From Filimonas sp. (GTDB lineage: Bacteria > Bacteroidota > Bacteroidia > Chitinophagales > Chitinophagaceae), in assembly GCA_017306865.1 (NCBI GenBank), contig JAFKHH010000017.1, forward strand, positions 35,453 through 99,452: a stretch of DNA of 64,000 bases. Reading direction: 5' to 3'. The position numbers and the translations under genes were made by a program. Positions 20,414-29,854 of the stretch are shown piece after piece. The notes below the pieces were generated by a model, which worked only from the letters and a program-made list of their open reading frames with translations, was not told the DNA's origin and ran no database searches. Numbering within the stretch: position 1 is the first letter of the stretch; every line of letters begins with the position of its first letter.

Positions 20414-21583
20414 TCACAACTTCATTCTTCCTGCCAGGTATGTTACTGCAAGACCGATCAGTGATACAATTGCGAAAGACCATTTCAGGTCACTTACCTG
20501 CGCAATGTATCCGATAACAGGCGGGCCTAATAAAAATCCGATATAGCCAATAGTAGAAATAGATGCGAGCGCAGCGCCTGTAGCCATTTTGGAAGATTTA
20601 CCTGCTACGCTAAACACCAGCGGCACTATACAGGATACTCCAAGGCCAACCATCAGGCTACCAAGAATACCGGTTATTACATAAGGAAAGAATACAATAG
20701 TTAATAATCCTGACGTAATCAGCAGGCCGCACAATTCCAACACACGTTTTGTACCCAGTCGCGCACGCACCCAATCGCCGGTAAAACGACCGATCGCCAT
20801 TGCACACATGTAAGAAGTATAACCTGCATTGATAAAAGAAGGTGAGGCATGCACTTCCTTTTTAAAATAAACACCACACCAGTCGTACATAGTACCCTCA
20901 CACGCCATACTGGCAAACGCCATAAAGCCTAGCTTCAGCAACCCTCTGTCTGGTTTTACAAACAGCGGCTTCTTTGTTGCAATTGCTCCGTCATGCTTAA
21001 ACGTAGTGGGAAAGTAAATAGCTGTCGCAATCATAGTAGCTGCACCAATAATGGCAAAGTGTGTTGCAGTAGGTACATGCTTAGAGAGCATAAAACTACC
21101 GATCAGTGCACCTGCAAGCCCTGCTACACTCCATATACCATGAAACGTAGACATGATCGGCTTTTTATATAATCCTTCCACACCAACCGCTTGTGTATTC
21201 GCTGCAATATTTAATAAGTTGCGGGACGATCCGAAGAAAAAAAGCACCGTTACCAGTTGCCACATTTTAGTAACGAAGCCGAGCAGGCATAAGAATAAAG
21301 TATAAACGACGGAACCAATCAGCATCACATAGCGGCTACCGGTCTTACTCACCAGGTAACCAGACACTGGCAATGTCATTATTAACCCTAATGGCAACGC
21401 AAACAGTACCGTGCCCAGCATGGCCTCATTCAAATGCAGTTCCTGCTGAATGGTCGGTATGCGTGAAGCCCAACTGGCGTAACTGATGCCCGAGATAAAA
21501 AAGAAAACACTAACGGCTAACCTCGTCTTTTTCAAATCTGCCGAAATAGGATCGCTCATATTGTAATAATTCCCGTGAGGCAA
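20414..21583 (-). CDS. MFS transporter
   Basis: 12-TM profile with MFS signatures. Paralog of the next gene. Confidence 0.8.
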   Translation of the reverse strand: MPHGNYYNMSDPISADLKKTRLAVSVFFFISGISYASWASRIPTIQQELHLNEAMLGTVLFALPLGLIMTLPVSGYLVSKTGSRYVMLIGSVVYTLFLCLLGFVTKMWQLVTVLFFFGSSRNLLNIAANTQAVGVEGLYKKPIMSTFHGIWSVAGLAGALIGSFMLSKHVPTATHFAIIGAATMIATAIYFPTTFKHDGAIATKKPLFVKPDRGLLKLGFMAFASMACEGTMYDWCGVYFKKEVHASPSFINAGYTSYMCAMAIGRFTGDWVRARLGTKRVLELCGLLITSGLLTIVFFPYVITGILGSLMVGLGVSCIVPLVFSVAGKSSKMATGAALASISTIGYIGFLLGPPVIGYIAQVSDLKWSFAIVSLIGLAVTYLAGRMKL

Positions 21584-21602
21584 AGTTGCAGTATTTCAGG
21601 GG

Positions 21603-21688
21603 GATTTGAAATTTGAGATTTAATATTTGAGATGAATCTACAAGACCGAGGTGTTCATTTGAAATTTCAAATCTCAAATTTCAAATCC
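21603..21688. repeat. repeat family 1 copy between the two MFS paralogs
   Basis: gatttgaaatttgagatttaatatttgagat ... atttgaaatttcaaatctcaaatttcaaatc. Confidence 0.7.
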
Positions 21689-21691
21689 GTC

Positions 21692-22837
21692 TTATATTTT
21701 CAACGACTTCTTACTTGCCATCAACGTTGTACAGAATCCCAACACTGCTATAAGCGCGAGTGACCATCTCAGGTTTGCCGCTTGTGCAATGAAGCCGATT
21801 AATGGGGGGCCGAATAAAAATCCGAAATAGCCAATAGTAGATACTGCGGCAAGTGCAAGGCCCGGGGCCATGGTTCCCGACCTGCCTGCAACGCTATATA
21901 CAACAGGCACTACCGATGATACGCCAAAGCCTACCAGCAGGAAGCCAATAGTTGCCGTAACGAGATAGGGAAAGATGATCGCGAGCAGTAGGCCGCACGC
22001 TATCACTATACCACTCACTTGCAGCACACGCCTTGCGCCTAGTCTTGTTACGAGCGCATCACTAATAAATCGACCGGTTGCCATAGAGGCCATAAATGCC
22101 ACATAACCGAGGGTAGATAACTTACCCACATTCACTACTTCTTTCCTGAAATAGACACCACTCCAGTCAAACATGCTTCCTTCACAGATCATACAGCACA
22201 AGGCAATAATGCCAAGCTGCAACAACACTTTATCCGGTTTTACAAACAATGGCTGGCTCGTATCGTGCGGCAGATCATGGGCGCTCACTTTATGCTGAAA
22301 CAGTAGCACAGTAGCAATTACCAGCGCGGCTACTATTAAGTAATGATACAATGGAATAATGTGCAAGACTATCATTCCCGATCCGATAGATGCGCCGACA
22401 AAACCGGCAAGGCTCCATACGCCGTGAAATGATGCCATGATAGAGCGGCCATATTCCGCCTCTACACTTACTGCTTGTGTATTCACTGCTATATTCAAGA
22501 GATTACTTGCCAGCCCAAAGAAGACTAATACTATAACCAACTGCCATGTGTATGCAGTAAGACCAATGCAGCACAACATCAACGGATAGGTAATGCCGCC
22601 AACAAGGAGTATGCGTTTGCTGCCAAACTTTGTTACCAGCCAGCCGGAAACAGGCAGGCTTGCCATTAAACCAACTGGCAGTGCGAATAACACACTACCT
22701 AACCCGGCATCACTCAGTTTCAGCTTTGCCTGTATATCTGGTATGCGCGAGGCCCAGGAAGCAAAACATAATCCTGCCACAAAAAAGAAAACACTCGTTG
22801 CTATACGATGCACACGATGTTGGGGGAATGAAGACAT
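21692..22837 (-). CDS. MFS transporter (tandem paralog)
   Basis: Shared motifs with the preceding MFS (ASWASRIP, FALPVGL, FVKPD). Confidence 0.8.
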   Translation of the reverse strand: MSSFPQHRVHRIATSVFFFVAGLCFASWASRIPDIQAKLKLSDAGLGSVLFALPVGLMASLPVSGWLVTKFGSKRILLVGGITYPLMLCCIGLTAYTWQLVIVLVFFGLASNLLNIAVNTQAVSVEAEYGRSIMASFHGVWSLAGFVGASIGSGMIVLHIIPLYHYLIVAALVIATVLLFQHKVSAHDLPHDTSQPLFVKPDKVLLQLGIIALCCMICEGSMFDWSGVYFRKEVVNVGKLSTLGYVAFMASMATGRFISDALVTRLGARRVLQVSGIVIACGLLLAIIFPYLVTATIGFLLVGFGVSSVVPVVYSVAGRSGTMAPGLALAAVSTIGYFGFLFGPPLIGFIAQAANLRWSLALIAVLGFCTTLMASKKSLKI

Positions 22838-22861
22838 TTCTATAATTTATAAATTAAAAAA

Positions 22862-22977
22862 TGTACGATGTTAGATGTACGATGTGTTTGAATTGTTTTA
22901 TTGTTAAATGGTTGAATTGTTTTGACTTATTGACTATTCACCACTCACTTCTACATCGTACATCTAACATCGTACAT
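22862..22977. mobile_element. MITE-like element, 116 bp with perfect 25-bp terminal inverted repeats (family 2)
   Basis: atgtacgatgttagatgtacgatgt ... acatcgtacatctaacatcgtacat. No coding capacity. Confidence 0.65.
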
Positions 22978-22978
22978 A

Positions 22979-23722
22979 CTACAGCACTTGTATTCCTCTT
23001 TCCTTATACGGTTTAAACATCTGGTCTGCTGCATCTATTTCCGTTACGATTGTATGCAGTGCATTGATGGGGCACACTTTGTAAGGCTCTGCTGTACCGA
23101 TCTTGTCGTGCATGGTTACAGCAACTATGCGGTCAGCCGCACCGATCATTGCACGCTTCATGTCGCTTTCCAGGTAGTTTACACTACTCACACCTATTTC
23201 ATGGTGCAGGCTACAGATACCGATGAAGCACATATCTACATGCACCTGCTGCAACATGCGTACGGCCTCACTACCTGCAGTTGCCTGGCAGTCCGGGAGT
23301 ATGCGTCCGCCTGTCAGCACCACTTCCATATCTTTTCTCCCTGCCAGCAATGCTGCTGCCGGCACATTATTCGTAATCACCGTTAGCGGCATATCCAGCA
23401 GGCCGGCCAGTGTATAAGTAGTAGTACCACCATCCAGCATAATCGTGTCGCCAGGACGGATCAGCGACAAGGCTTTATTGGCAATGATCAGCTTGTCTGC
23501 CTCAGATACATTTATGCGTTCTTTAAAATTGTGCGAGTTTGGCGAATGTGGTATCGCACCACCCCGCACTTTCGTCAGCAAGCCATTTTTTGCCAGCAAT
23601 TCTATGTCTCTCCGCACGGTGTCTTCAGAAACTTGCAAGGCTTCGCTAAGCTCAGCCAACTTAACTGACTGGCTGGATTTCAACTGGTTAATAATAAAAT
23701 CCAACCTTTCTTCTTTCAACAT
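22979..23722 (-). CDS. DeoR/GlpR family transcriptional regulator
   Basis: N-terminal HTH (LAELSEALQVSEDTVRRDIELL) and C-terminal sugar-phosphate sensor domain. Confidence 0.85.
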   Translation of the reverse strand: MLKEERLDFIINQLKSSQSVKLAELSEALQVSEDTVRRDIELLAKNGLLTKVRGGAIPHSPNSHNFKERINVSEADKLIIANKALSLIRPGDTIMLDGGTTTYTLAGLLDMPLTVITNNVPAAALLAGRKDMEVVLTGGRILPDCQATAGSEAVRMLQQVHVDMCFIGICSLHHEIGVSSVNYLESDMKRAMIGAADRIVAVTMHDKIGTAEPYKVCPINALHTIVTEIDAADQMFKPYKERGIQVL

Positions 23723-23804
23723 ATTGCGACATTTTACTGCAAATTAACACAAAACATGAATATTATTGCAATATTTCGCATTAAATTGCAACAAATCGCA
23801 AAAT

Positions 23805-24380
23805 ATGGAAAGAAAGAGAATTTTGATAGACATGGACGAAGTGATGGCTGATATCACACAGCATTTTATTAACTGGTACAAAGAGAAAACAGGTGTTGCA
23901 GTTCCTTATGAGCAACTGGTTGGCAAACACATTACTGATGCATTTCCTGAAGGCCACCTGATCAGGGAGTTTTTGTATACACCCGGTTTCTTCCGCACAG
24001 CCCCGCTTATGGAAGGTGCAGTAGAGGTGGTGGAAGAACTGAATAAGCATTACGAAGTATTCATCGTATCCGCAGCAATGGAGTTTCCGCAATCATTAAT
24101 AGAAAAATATGAATGGCTGCAAGAACATTTCCCTTTCATACACTGGCAACAGATTATGCTTTGCGGTTCTAAAAAACCAGTATCAGGTGATTATATGATA
24201 GATGATCATTTGAAGAACCTGGATTTTTTCCAGGGACATAAGATCATTTTCACTGCCCCGCACAATGCCAATATTGTTGGTGGCTATACAAGAGTAAACA
24301 GTTGGGCAGATGTGAAAGCGTTTTTGTTAAGCGAAGAGAAGATTCAACATAAACAGGCCGTTGCTGAAGGAGTTTCATAG
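23805..24380 (+). CDS. 5-prime(3-prime)-deoxyribonucleotidase (HAD superfamily)
   Basis: DMDEVMAD catalytic motif near the N-terminus. Length and composition fit the YjjG/dNT family. Confidence 0.7.
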   Translation: MERKRILIDMDEVMADITQHFINWYKEKTGVAVPYEQLVGKHITDAFPEGHLIREFLYTPGFFRTAPLMEGAVEVVEELNKHYEVFIVSAAMEFPQSLIEKYEWLQEHFPFIHWQQIMLCGSKKPVSGDYMIDDHLKNLDFFQGHKIIFTAPHNANIVGGYTRVNSWADVKAFLLSEEKIQHKQAVAEGVS

Positions 24381-24653
24381 TTTACGCGTTTCAATGTTTC
24401 CTATTGCTGAAGGACGAACAGAAGTACAAGAGTGCGACGCAAGCAAAGCTTAATAGTAATTCTATTGCCGGGCCAATAAACTGAAACAATGAAACAAGCG
24501 AAGCGCTGAAACCTATAAAACCAACTTAAAACTAATATTCATTTGTTAAAGAAAATTGACATAATCTGTTAATTAATTGTGTGTTATACATAGCGGTTAT
24601 TGATTTGCCGTTACATTTATCCGGCAAACAATTCTATAACCCAATTTAAACAC

Positions 24654-25094
24654 ATGATTCAAAAACCGTCTGCTGCATTTGTTGCTGCATCCTGGAGCGC
24701 ATTACTTATCGGCATTGCCGGCTACATTGTTGGCCTTTGGAACGCTAATATGCCACTAAACGAAAAAGGTTATTATTTCACCGTACTTATGTTCGGACTT
24801 TTCGCCGCCATATCCGTACAAAAGTCTGTGCGGGACCGCCTCGAGGGCATTCCTGTTACAGACCTCTACTATGGGCTAAGCTGGTTTTGCACATTGCTGG
24901 CCATACTATTGCTTATTATAGGTTTATGGAATGCGACAACACTACAGCCAAGTGAGAAAGGTTTCTATGCCTTTGCATTTCTGCTCAGCATTTTTGCCGC
25001 TATCGCAGTGCAGAAAAACACGAGGGACTCGCTGGCAGCTAAAGACCCAAACGAGAAGAAACCGGAAGACAAAAACGCGACATTTAATATCTAA
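24654..25094 (+). CDS. YiaA/YiaB-family inner membrane protein (two tandem two-helix YiaAB repeats)
   Basis: Internal duplication GLWNANMPLNEKGYYFTVLMFGLFAAISVQKSVRDR / GLWNATTLQPSEKGFYAFAFLLSIFAAIAVQKNTRDS. Confidence 0.7.
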   Translation: MIQKPSAAFVAASWSALLIGIAGYIVGLWNANMPLNEKGYYFTVLMFGLFAAISVQKSVRDRLEGIPVTDLYYGLSWFCTLLAILLLIIGLWNATTLQPSEKGFYAFAFLLSIFAAIAVQKNTRDSLAAKDPNEKKPEDKNATFNI

Positions 25095-25190
25095 TTTACT
25101 CAAACACACAGGCTTCTTTCCAAAAAGAAGCCTTTTTTTATTAATGCTTCTCCCCTCCTCCTTGTACAATATTCAATTATCTTTGCTCCC

Positions 25191-25272
25191 CGTTGAAATA
25201 CTGGGTTTCAGATGTTTCAACGTTTCAATGTTTCAAAAGCTGAAACCGTAAACTTTGAAACATTGAAACTAA
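25191..25272. repeat. repeat family 5 cluster (gtttcaacgtttcaatgtttcaa ... ttgaaacattgaaac)
   Basis: Direct and inverted copies seen directly in the sequence. Confidence 0.6.
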
Positions 25273-25304
25273 CACGCCCGCAACTTTGATTTAAATAATT
25301 AAAC

Positions 25305-27137
25305 ATGTATCGTTCGCACACTTGTGGTGAATTAAGATTGACCGACGTAACCAAGGAAGTAACACTGGCCGGATGGGTTCAGACTGTTAGAAAATTAGGC
25401 GCAGCTATCACTTTCGTAGACCTGCGTGACCGTTATGGCATTACACAATTACTATTGGATGAAAAACTAAACGCACAGTTGGATAATACGCCGCTGGGCC
25501 GCGAGTTTGTGATCCAGGCTACAGGTATTGTAAACGAACGTACGAGCAAGAATGCGAACATACCTACAGGTGACATAGAAATAGCTGTTACCTCTTTCAA
25601 AATACTGAACAAATCTGCAGTGCCTCCGTTCACCATTACTGATGAGACAGATGGTGGCGACGACCTGCGTATGAAATACCGCTACCTGGACCTTCGCCGT
25701 AATGCAGTGAAGAAAAACCTGGAGCTGCGCTATAGCGTGAACCGCTCTGCACGTAACTACCTCCATGAAAATAGCTTCATGGATATAGAAACGCCTTTCC
25801 TGATCAAGTCTACTCCTGAAGGTGCAAGAGATTTCGTTGTACCATCGCGTATGAACCCGGGACAATTCTATGCACTGCCACAGTCTCCGCAAACATTTAA
25901 ACAACTATTAATGGTAAGTGGTTACGACCGCTACTACCAGGTAGTAAAATGTTTTCGCGATGAGGACTTGCGTGCAGACCGCCAGCCTGAGTTTACACAG
26001 ATTGACTGTGAAATGTCTTTTGTAGAGCAGGAAGATATCCTGAACATGTTTGAAGGATTGATAAAACGCATTTTCAAAGATGTAAAAGACATTGACTATA
26101 CGGAGAAGGTGGAGCGCATGACATGGGAAGATGCCATGTGGAATTTTGGCAATGATAAACCAGATATCCGCTTTGGCATGAAAATATTGAACCTGAAATC
26201 TGCTTTCCTGAAAGGTGGCAGCATACAGGCATCTGGCGACCTGATCAACGGCGCAAACTTTGCGGTATTTGATAATGCAGAAACAGTATTGGCAATAGCA
26301 GCGCCGGGCTGCAGCGAATATACGCGTAAGCAAACAGATGAACTGACTGACTGGGTAAAACGCCCGCAGATAGGTATGCAGGGCCTGGCCTTTATCAAAT
26401 ACAATACAGACGGCACACTGAAGAGCAGCATAGATAAGTTCTACAGCGAAGAAAAGCTGAAAGCAATTGCTGAAGCAACGAATGCAAAACCAGGTGACCT
26501 TATTTTAATACTTGCAGGCCGCGAAGAACGTACACGTAAGGCGATGAGTGAGCTGCGTCTTGAAATGGGTAAACGTCTTGGCTTTAGAAAAGATGATGAG
26601 TTTAAACTACTATGGGTGCTTGACTTCCCGCTGTTTGAATATGCAGAGGATGACAATCGCTGGGTAGCGCGTCACCATCCGTTCACTTCGCCTAAGCCAT
26701 CGGATATTGCAACAATGATCGACAACAACCCGGTTATTGAAAATGCAGATAAATACCTGGAACATCCTTACTCCAACATTAAAGCAAACGCTTACGATAT
26801 GGTGCTGAACGGCAATGAAATCGGCGGCGGCTCTATCCGTATTTTCCAGCGTGAATTGCAGGAAAAAATGTTTGCAGCATTGGGTATGTCTGAAGAAGAA
26901 GCGCAACACAAATTTGGCTTCCTCTTAGGCGCGTTTGAATACGGCGCACCACCACATGGTGGTATCGCATTCGGCTTCGACCGTTTGTGCGCATTGCTTG
27001 GTGGTAGCGAAAGTATCCGTGACTTCATCGCATTCCCTAAAAACAATAGCGGTCGTGATGTAATGCTGGACGCACCTGCCGCGATAGATCAAAAGCAATT
27101 TGATGAGTTACAGATCAAGTTGGATTTGAAAGATTAA
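25305..27137 (+). CDS. aspS: aspartate--tRNA ligase
   Basis: Class II aaRS motifs ([31 protein letters not shown]). Length 610 aa. Confidence 0.9.
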   Translation: MYRSHTCGELRLTDVTKEVTLAGWVQTVRKLGAAITFVDLRDRYGITQLLLDEKLNAQLDNTPLGREFVIQATGIVNERTSKNANIPTGDIEIAVTSFKILNKSAVPPFTITDETDGGDDLRMKYRYLDLRRNAVKKNLELRYSVNRSARNYLHENSFMDIETPFLIKSTPEGARDFVVPSRMNPGQFYALPQSPQTFKQLLMVSGYDRYYQVVKCFRDEDLRADRQPEFTQIDCEMSFVEQEDILNMFEGLIKRIFKDVKDIDYTEKVERMTWEDAMWNFGNDKPDIRFGMKILNLKSAFLKGGSIQASGDLINGANFAVFDNAETVLAIAAPGCSEYTRKQTDELTDWVKRPQIGMQGLAFIKYNTDGTLKSSIDKFYSEEKLKAIAEATNAKPGDLILILAGREERTRKAMSELRLEMGKRLGFRKDDEFKLLWVLDFPLFEYAEDDNRWVARHHPFTSPKPSDIATMIDNNPVIENADKYLEHPYSNIKANAYDMVLNGNEIGGGSIRIFQRELQEKMFAALGMSEEEAQHKFGFLLGAFEYGAPPHGGIAFGFDRLCALLGGSESIRDFIAFPKNNSGRDVMLDAPAAIDQKQFDELQIKLDLKD

Positions 27138-27165
27138 TTGTTGAATTGACAAATGGTTGAATTGA

Positions 27166-27212
27166 TAAAAAAAGCGTGGTCCACTTTTGAAAAGTGGACC
27201 ACGCTTTTTTTA
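27166..27212 (+). terminator. rho-independent terminator of aspS
   Basis: agcgtggtccactttt / aaaagtggaccacgct with flanking T and A runs. Symmetric, so potentially bidirectional. Confidence 0.75.
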
Positions 27213-27225
27213 TCAATTACTCGCT

Positions 27226-27268
27226 ATATAAACCTATAAGGTTTTGAAAACCTTATAGGTTTTTCTAA
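27226..27268. terminator. second palindromic hairpin (aacctataaggtttt / aaaaccttataggttt), likely terminator for the Crp/Fnr gene
   Basis: Perfect inverted repeat. A related hairpin occurs at 39325-39362. Confidence 0.55.
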
Positions 27269-27293
27269 ATTTTCCCAAACTGCAGATAAATTT

Positions 27294-27869
27294 TTAACGT
27301 GCAGAGATCCGCTTCCGTATGCGGCTCAGGCTTTCCGGAATAACGCCCAGCATAGACGCAATGTACTTAAGCGGCGCGCGATTTATAAGATCAGGGTTTG
27401 TTTCCAACAGGTTAAGATACCGCTCTTCAGGCGTAGTGGTCAACAATCGAAAACTATCCTGAATAGTTTGAATACAATGCTCTTCAGCCATTCTTCTTCC
27501 AAATCGTTCAAACACTTTTGCCTTATCATACGCCTCTTGCACTACATCATAATTCAACATAAACAATTCGCTATCCTCCAATGCCTCTATCGCAAATGCG
27601 GAAGGTTTTTTTGAAAGAAACGAAGCATAATCGCTTACCCACATGTCTTCTACAAAAAAATAGGTGGTCTTTTCTACGTTGTCAAAAGTGTGGTAATACC
27701 GAAGCAGCCCTTTATTCAGATAGCTAACATGACGACAGACTTCTCCTTCGCGAAACACCATCTCATTTTTCTTTATCTGCCGGGGTTCTATAAGGGATAG
27801 AATGTAAAGGATTTCTTTTTCTGTGAAGAGGACGTAACGACTTATGTTACGAATGAAATTATTATACAT
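27294..27869 (-). CDS. Crp/Fnr family transcriptional regulator
   Basis: cNMP-binding domain followed by a C-terminal HTH (ASMLGVIPESLSRIRKRI). Confidence 0.8.
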   Translation of the reverse strand: MYNNFIRNISRYVLFTEKEILYILSLIEPRQIKKNEMVFREGEVCRHVSYLNKGLLRYYHTFDNVEKTTYFFVEDMWVSDYASFLSKKPSAFAIEALEDSELFMLNYDVVQEAYDKAKVFERFGRRMAEEHCIQTIQDSFRLLTTTPEERYLNLLETNPDLINRAPLKYIASMLGVIPESLSRIRKRISAR

Positions 27870-28209
27870 AGGTTATTTTTATGTTGACAACCTAAAAGTA
27901 CAATAGATAATTTAGACCACTAAACACTTGAGCCCAAAACCAATAATAACCTCATTAAAATATCTCTACGTGTCATCTGCACACCCAAAAATTTGCACTC
28001 AAAGTATTTAAGGAATGTATTTTTTTGCTCGTTGCAAATATTTTTTTATCTCTCTTTTGTTACACTACAATCATCATTTTTTCATTGACAAAAAGCGTAT
28101 TTTATACAACACTAAGTCTTGTTGTTTTTATCATCGCACAAAAAAATATTTTGAAAAATATTTGGTGACATCGAAAAATTATTTCTTTCTTTGCATTGCA
28201 AATTAATTA

Positions 28210-28362
28210 ACAACACATGCAACGAATAGGATTACATATAGAACTAATGAATGAGTTTAGCCCGAAAGGCTACACAAATTCCGGGGCATGTATTGCTGCA
28301 GTTTAGTGAATAACGAAAATCGCTGAAATATACGCCCCGCCTGCAAAGCGGGGCTTTTTATT
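28210..28362 (+). ncRNA. candidate small RNA or leader (about 150 nt) ending in a strong intrinsic terminator
   Basis: No ORF. Terminator gccccgcctgcaaagcggggc + ttttta at 28332-28362. Lies in an AT-rich 960-nt non-coding region. Confidence 0.25.
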
Positions 28363-28369
28363 TGCTTTC

Positions 28370-28672
28370 ATGTTAAAATCATTTCGTCTGCACAACAACG
28401 GCAGACGAAGTAAACAACAAACAAAAAATAAAATTGCAACAGCAGTTACAACATAAACGATTTACGATGACAACAGTGAATAATAAATCATTCTTCTCTG
28501 AACGCTATTGGTATGCGCAGCCGACAATGCATCTGCTGCCGATAGGACAGGAGAATAAAGGTGATCATCAACGACCGGAATATATTTGGCAGTACGCCTG
28601 TGTATAATCACACAAGCAAATGCGAAACAAAAAGCCCGGTCGAAATAAAACGACCGGGCTTTTTGTTTTTAG
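28370..28672 (+). ncRNA. candidate non-coding transcript (about 300 nt) ending in an intrinsic terminator, immediately upstream of the tRNA array
   Basis: Internal hairpin tcgtctgc...gcagacga. Terminator aagcccggtcg...cgaccgggctttttgtttt at 28632-28672. No plausible ORF. Confidence 0.25.
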
Positions 28673-28845
28673 TATGATGACAAGGCATAAAAATATTGTT
28701 GCAGAAAAGGAGGGAAATAAGTTATCCCCGTGAGATGCAGCGGGGCAACTTTCCTAAAACCAAAAGTCACTAAACAAAAGTCATTGAGACAATAGTCAGT
28801 AAGTCAATAAACGAAAAATTCGTTTAAGAAGTTCTTTGAAAAAAT

Positions 28846-28918
28846 ATAGCAGCATTCCAATTGGTTGGATACTCCATTTGGATTGGAGAGGATGCAGGTT
28901 CGAGTCCTGCCTGCTATA
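28846..28918 (+). tRNA. tRNA-Pro (anticodon TGG)
   Basis: Cloverleaf parsed by hand: acceptor atagcag/ctgctat, anticodon stem ctcca/tggag with loop tttggat, T-arm gcagg-ttcgagt-cctgc. Confidence 0.7.
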
Positions 28919-28923
28919 CAACA

Positions 28924-28995
28924 AGTCTGTTCATCTAATGGTCAGGATATCAAGCTTTCTACTTGAAGATGCCGGTTCGAATCCGGTACAGACTG
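28924..28995 (+). tRNA. tRNA-Glu (anticodon TTC)
   Basis: Acceptor agtctgt/acagact, anticodon stem tcaag/cttga with loop ctttcta, T-arm gccgg-ttcgaat-ccggt. Confidence 0.65.
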
Positions 28996-29043
28996 CAAAA
29001 CATGTTACTGGTTCCCTGCTAACCGGATAAACAGTAACAAACC
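28996..29043 (+). repeat. conserved palindromic inter-tRNA spacer (tgttactgg...ctaaccggataa...cagtaaca). Paralogous spacers at 29267-29317, 29391-29445, 29682-29724 and 29814-29854.
   Basis: Stem tgttactg/cagtaaca. Spacer 5 contains a perfect 20-bp palindrome gttaccagttaactggtaac. Confidence 0.6.
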
Positions 29044-29115
29044 TGGCTTATAGTTTAATGGATAGAACACTTCACTACGGATGAAGGAATACAAGTTCGA
29101 CTCTTGTTAAGCCAA
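29044..29115 (+). tRNA. tRNA-Arg (anticodon ACG)
   Basis: Acceptor tggctta/taagcca, anticodon stem cttca/tgaag with loop ctacgga, T-arm acaag-ttcgact-cttgt. Confidence 0.7.
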
Positions 29116-29116
29116 C

Positions 29117-29189
29117 TATCGGATAGTGCAATTGGTAAGCATTTCAGAATTTGACTCTGAAGGTGTTGGTTCAAGTCCAGCTCCGATAA
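29117..29189 (+). tRNA. tRNA-Gln (anticodon TTG)
   Basis: Acceptor tatcgga/tccgata, anticodon stem tcaga/tctga with loop atttgac, T-arm gttgg-ttcaagt-ccagc. Only 1 nt separates it from the preceding tRNA. Confidence 0.7.
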
Positions 29190-29193
29190 CTAT

Positions 29194-29266
29194 CGACCTG
29201 TAGCTTAATGGTAAGAGCAGGAACCTTATACGTTCAAGGTTAACAGTTCAAATCTGTTCAGGTCGA
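29194..29266 (+). tRNA. tRNA with anticodon TAT (Ile-like, UAU). Assignment is tentative.
   Basis: Acceptor cgacctg/caggtcg, D-stem gctt/gagc, anticodon stem ggaac/gttca (one mismatch) with loop cttatac, T-arm aacag-ttcaaat-ctgtt. Confidence 0.5.
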
Positions 29267-29317
29267 CGTAAACTTTATGTTACTGGCTACTTGCTAACCG
29301 GATAACCGGTAACAAAT

Positions 29318-29390
29318 GTTGGCTTTAGCTTAACTGGTAAAGTGCCACACTGTGAATGTGGAGAACAGGGTTCGAGTCCCGGAGTCAACC
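29318..29390 (+). tRNA. tRNA-His (anticodon GTG)
   Basis: Acceptor gttggct/agtcaac, anticodon stem ccaca/tgtgg with loop ctgtgaa, discriminator C. Position -1 is T, so no G-1 is encoded. Confidence 0.6.
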
Positions 29391-29445
29391 AGCATTAGTT
29401 ACAAGTTACAGGTCACTAGCTAACCGGTTATCCTGTAACAACTAT

Positions 29446-29518
29446 TGGTTCGTAGCTCAATGGCGAGAGTATCCGGCTTTTAACCGGAGGGTTGTGAGTT
29501 CGAGTCTCACCGGGCCAA
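29446..29518 (+). tRNA. tRNA-Lys (anticodon TTT)
   Basis: Acceptor tggttcg/cgggcca (two G-U pairs), anticodon stem tccgg/ccgga with loop cttttaa, T-arm gtgag-ttcgagt-ctcac. Confidence 0.65.
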
Positions 29519-29521
29519 CAG

Positions 29522-29593
29522 GGATGAATAGCTCAGCGGCAGAGCAACGGTTTGTTAAACCGATGGTCGAAAGTTCGAATCTTTCTTCATCCG
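29522..29593 (+). tRNA. tRNA-Asn (anticodon GTT)
   Basis: Acceptor ggatgaa/ttcatcc, D-arm gctc-agcggc-agagc, anticodon loop ttgttaa, T-arm gaaag-ttcgaat-ctttc. Confidence 0.6.
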
Positions 29594-29599
29594 CAATAA

Positions 29600-29681
29600 G
29601 TGAGTGCGCCAACGCGGGAGAGTTGGTCTTGTCTGTAAAACAGGTGCCTTCGGGTTGAATAAGTTCGAATCTTATCACTCA
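29600..29681 (+). tRNA. tRNA-Tyr (anticodon GTA), with long variable arm
   Basis: Acceptor gtgagtg/cactcac, anticodon stem cttgt/acagg with loop ctgtaaa, variable-arm hairpin gcc-ttcg-ggt, T-arm ataag-ttcgaat-cttat. Confidence 0.65.
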
Positions 29682-29724
29682 CACAATACCGGTTTCCAGT
29701 CATATGGTTAACCAGTAATAAAAC

Positions 29725-29813
29725 GGAGAGTTGACAGAGGTGGTAATGTGCGGGTTTGCTACACCCAGGCTATCGCTTAATGCGGTACAAAGGTTCAACT
29801 CCTTTACTCTCCG
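29725..29813 (+). tRNA. tRNA-Ser (anticodon GCT), with long variable arm
   Basis: Acceptor ggagagt/actctcc, anticodon loop ttgctac, T-arm aaagg-ttcaact-ccttt. Length 89 nt. Confidence 0.55.
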
Positions 29814-29854
29814 CGAATAGATGAGACAAGTTACCAGTTAACTGGTAACTACCA

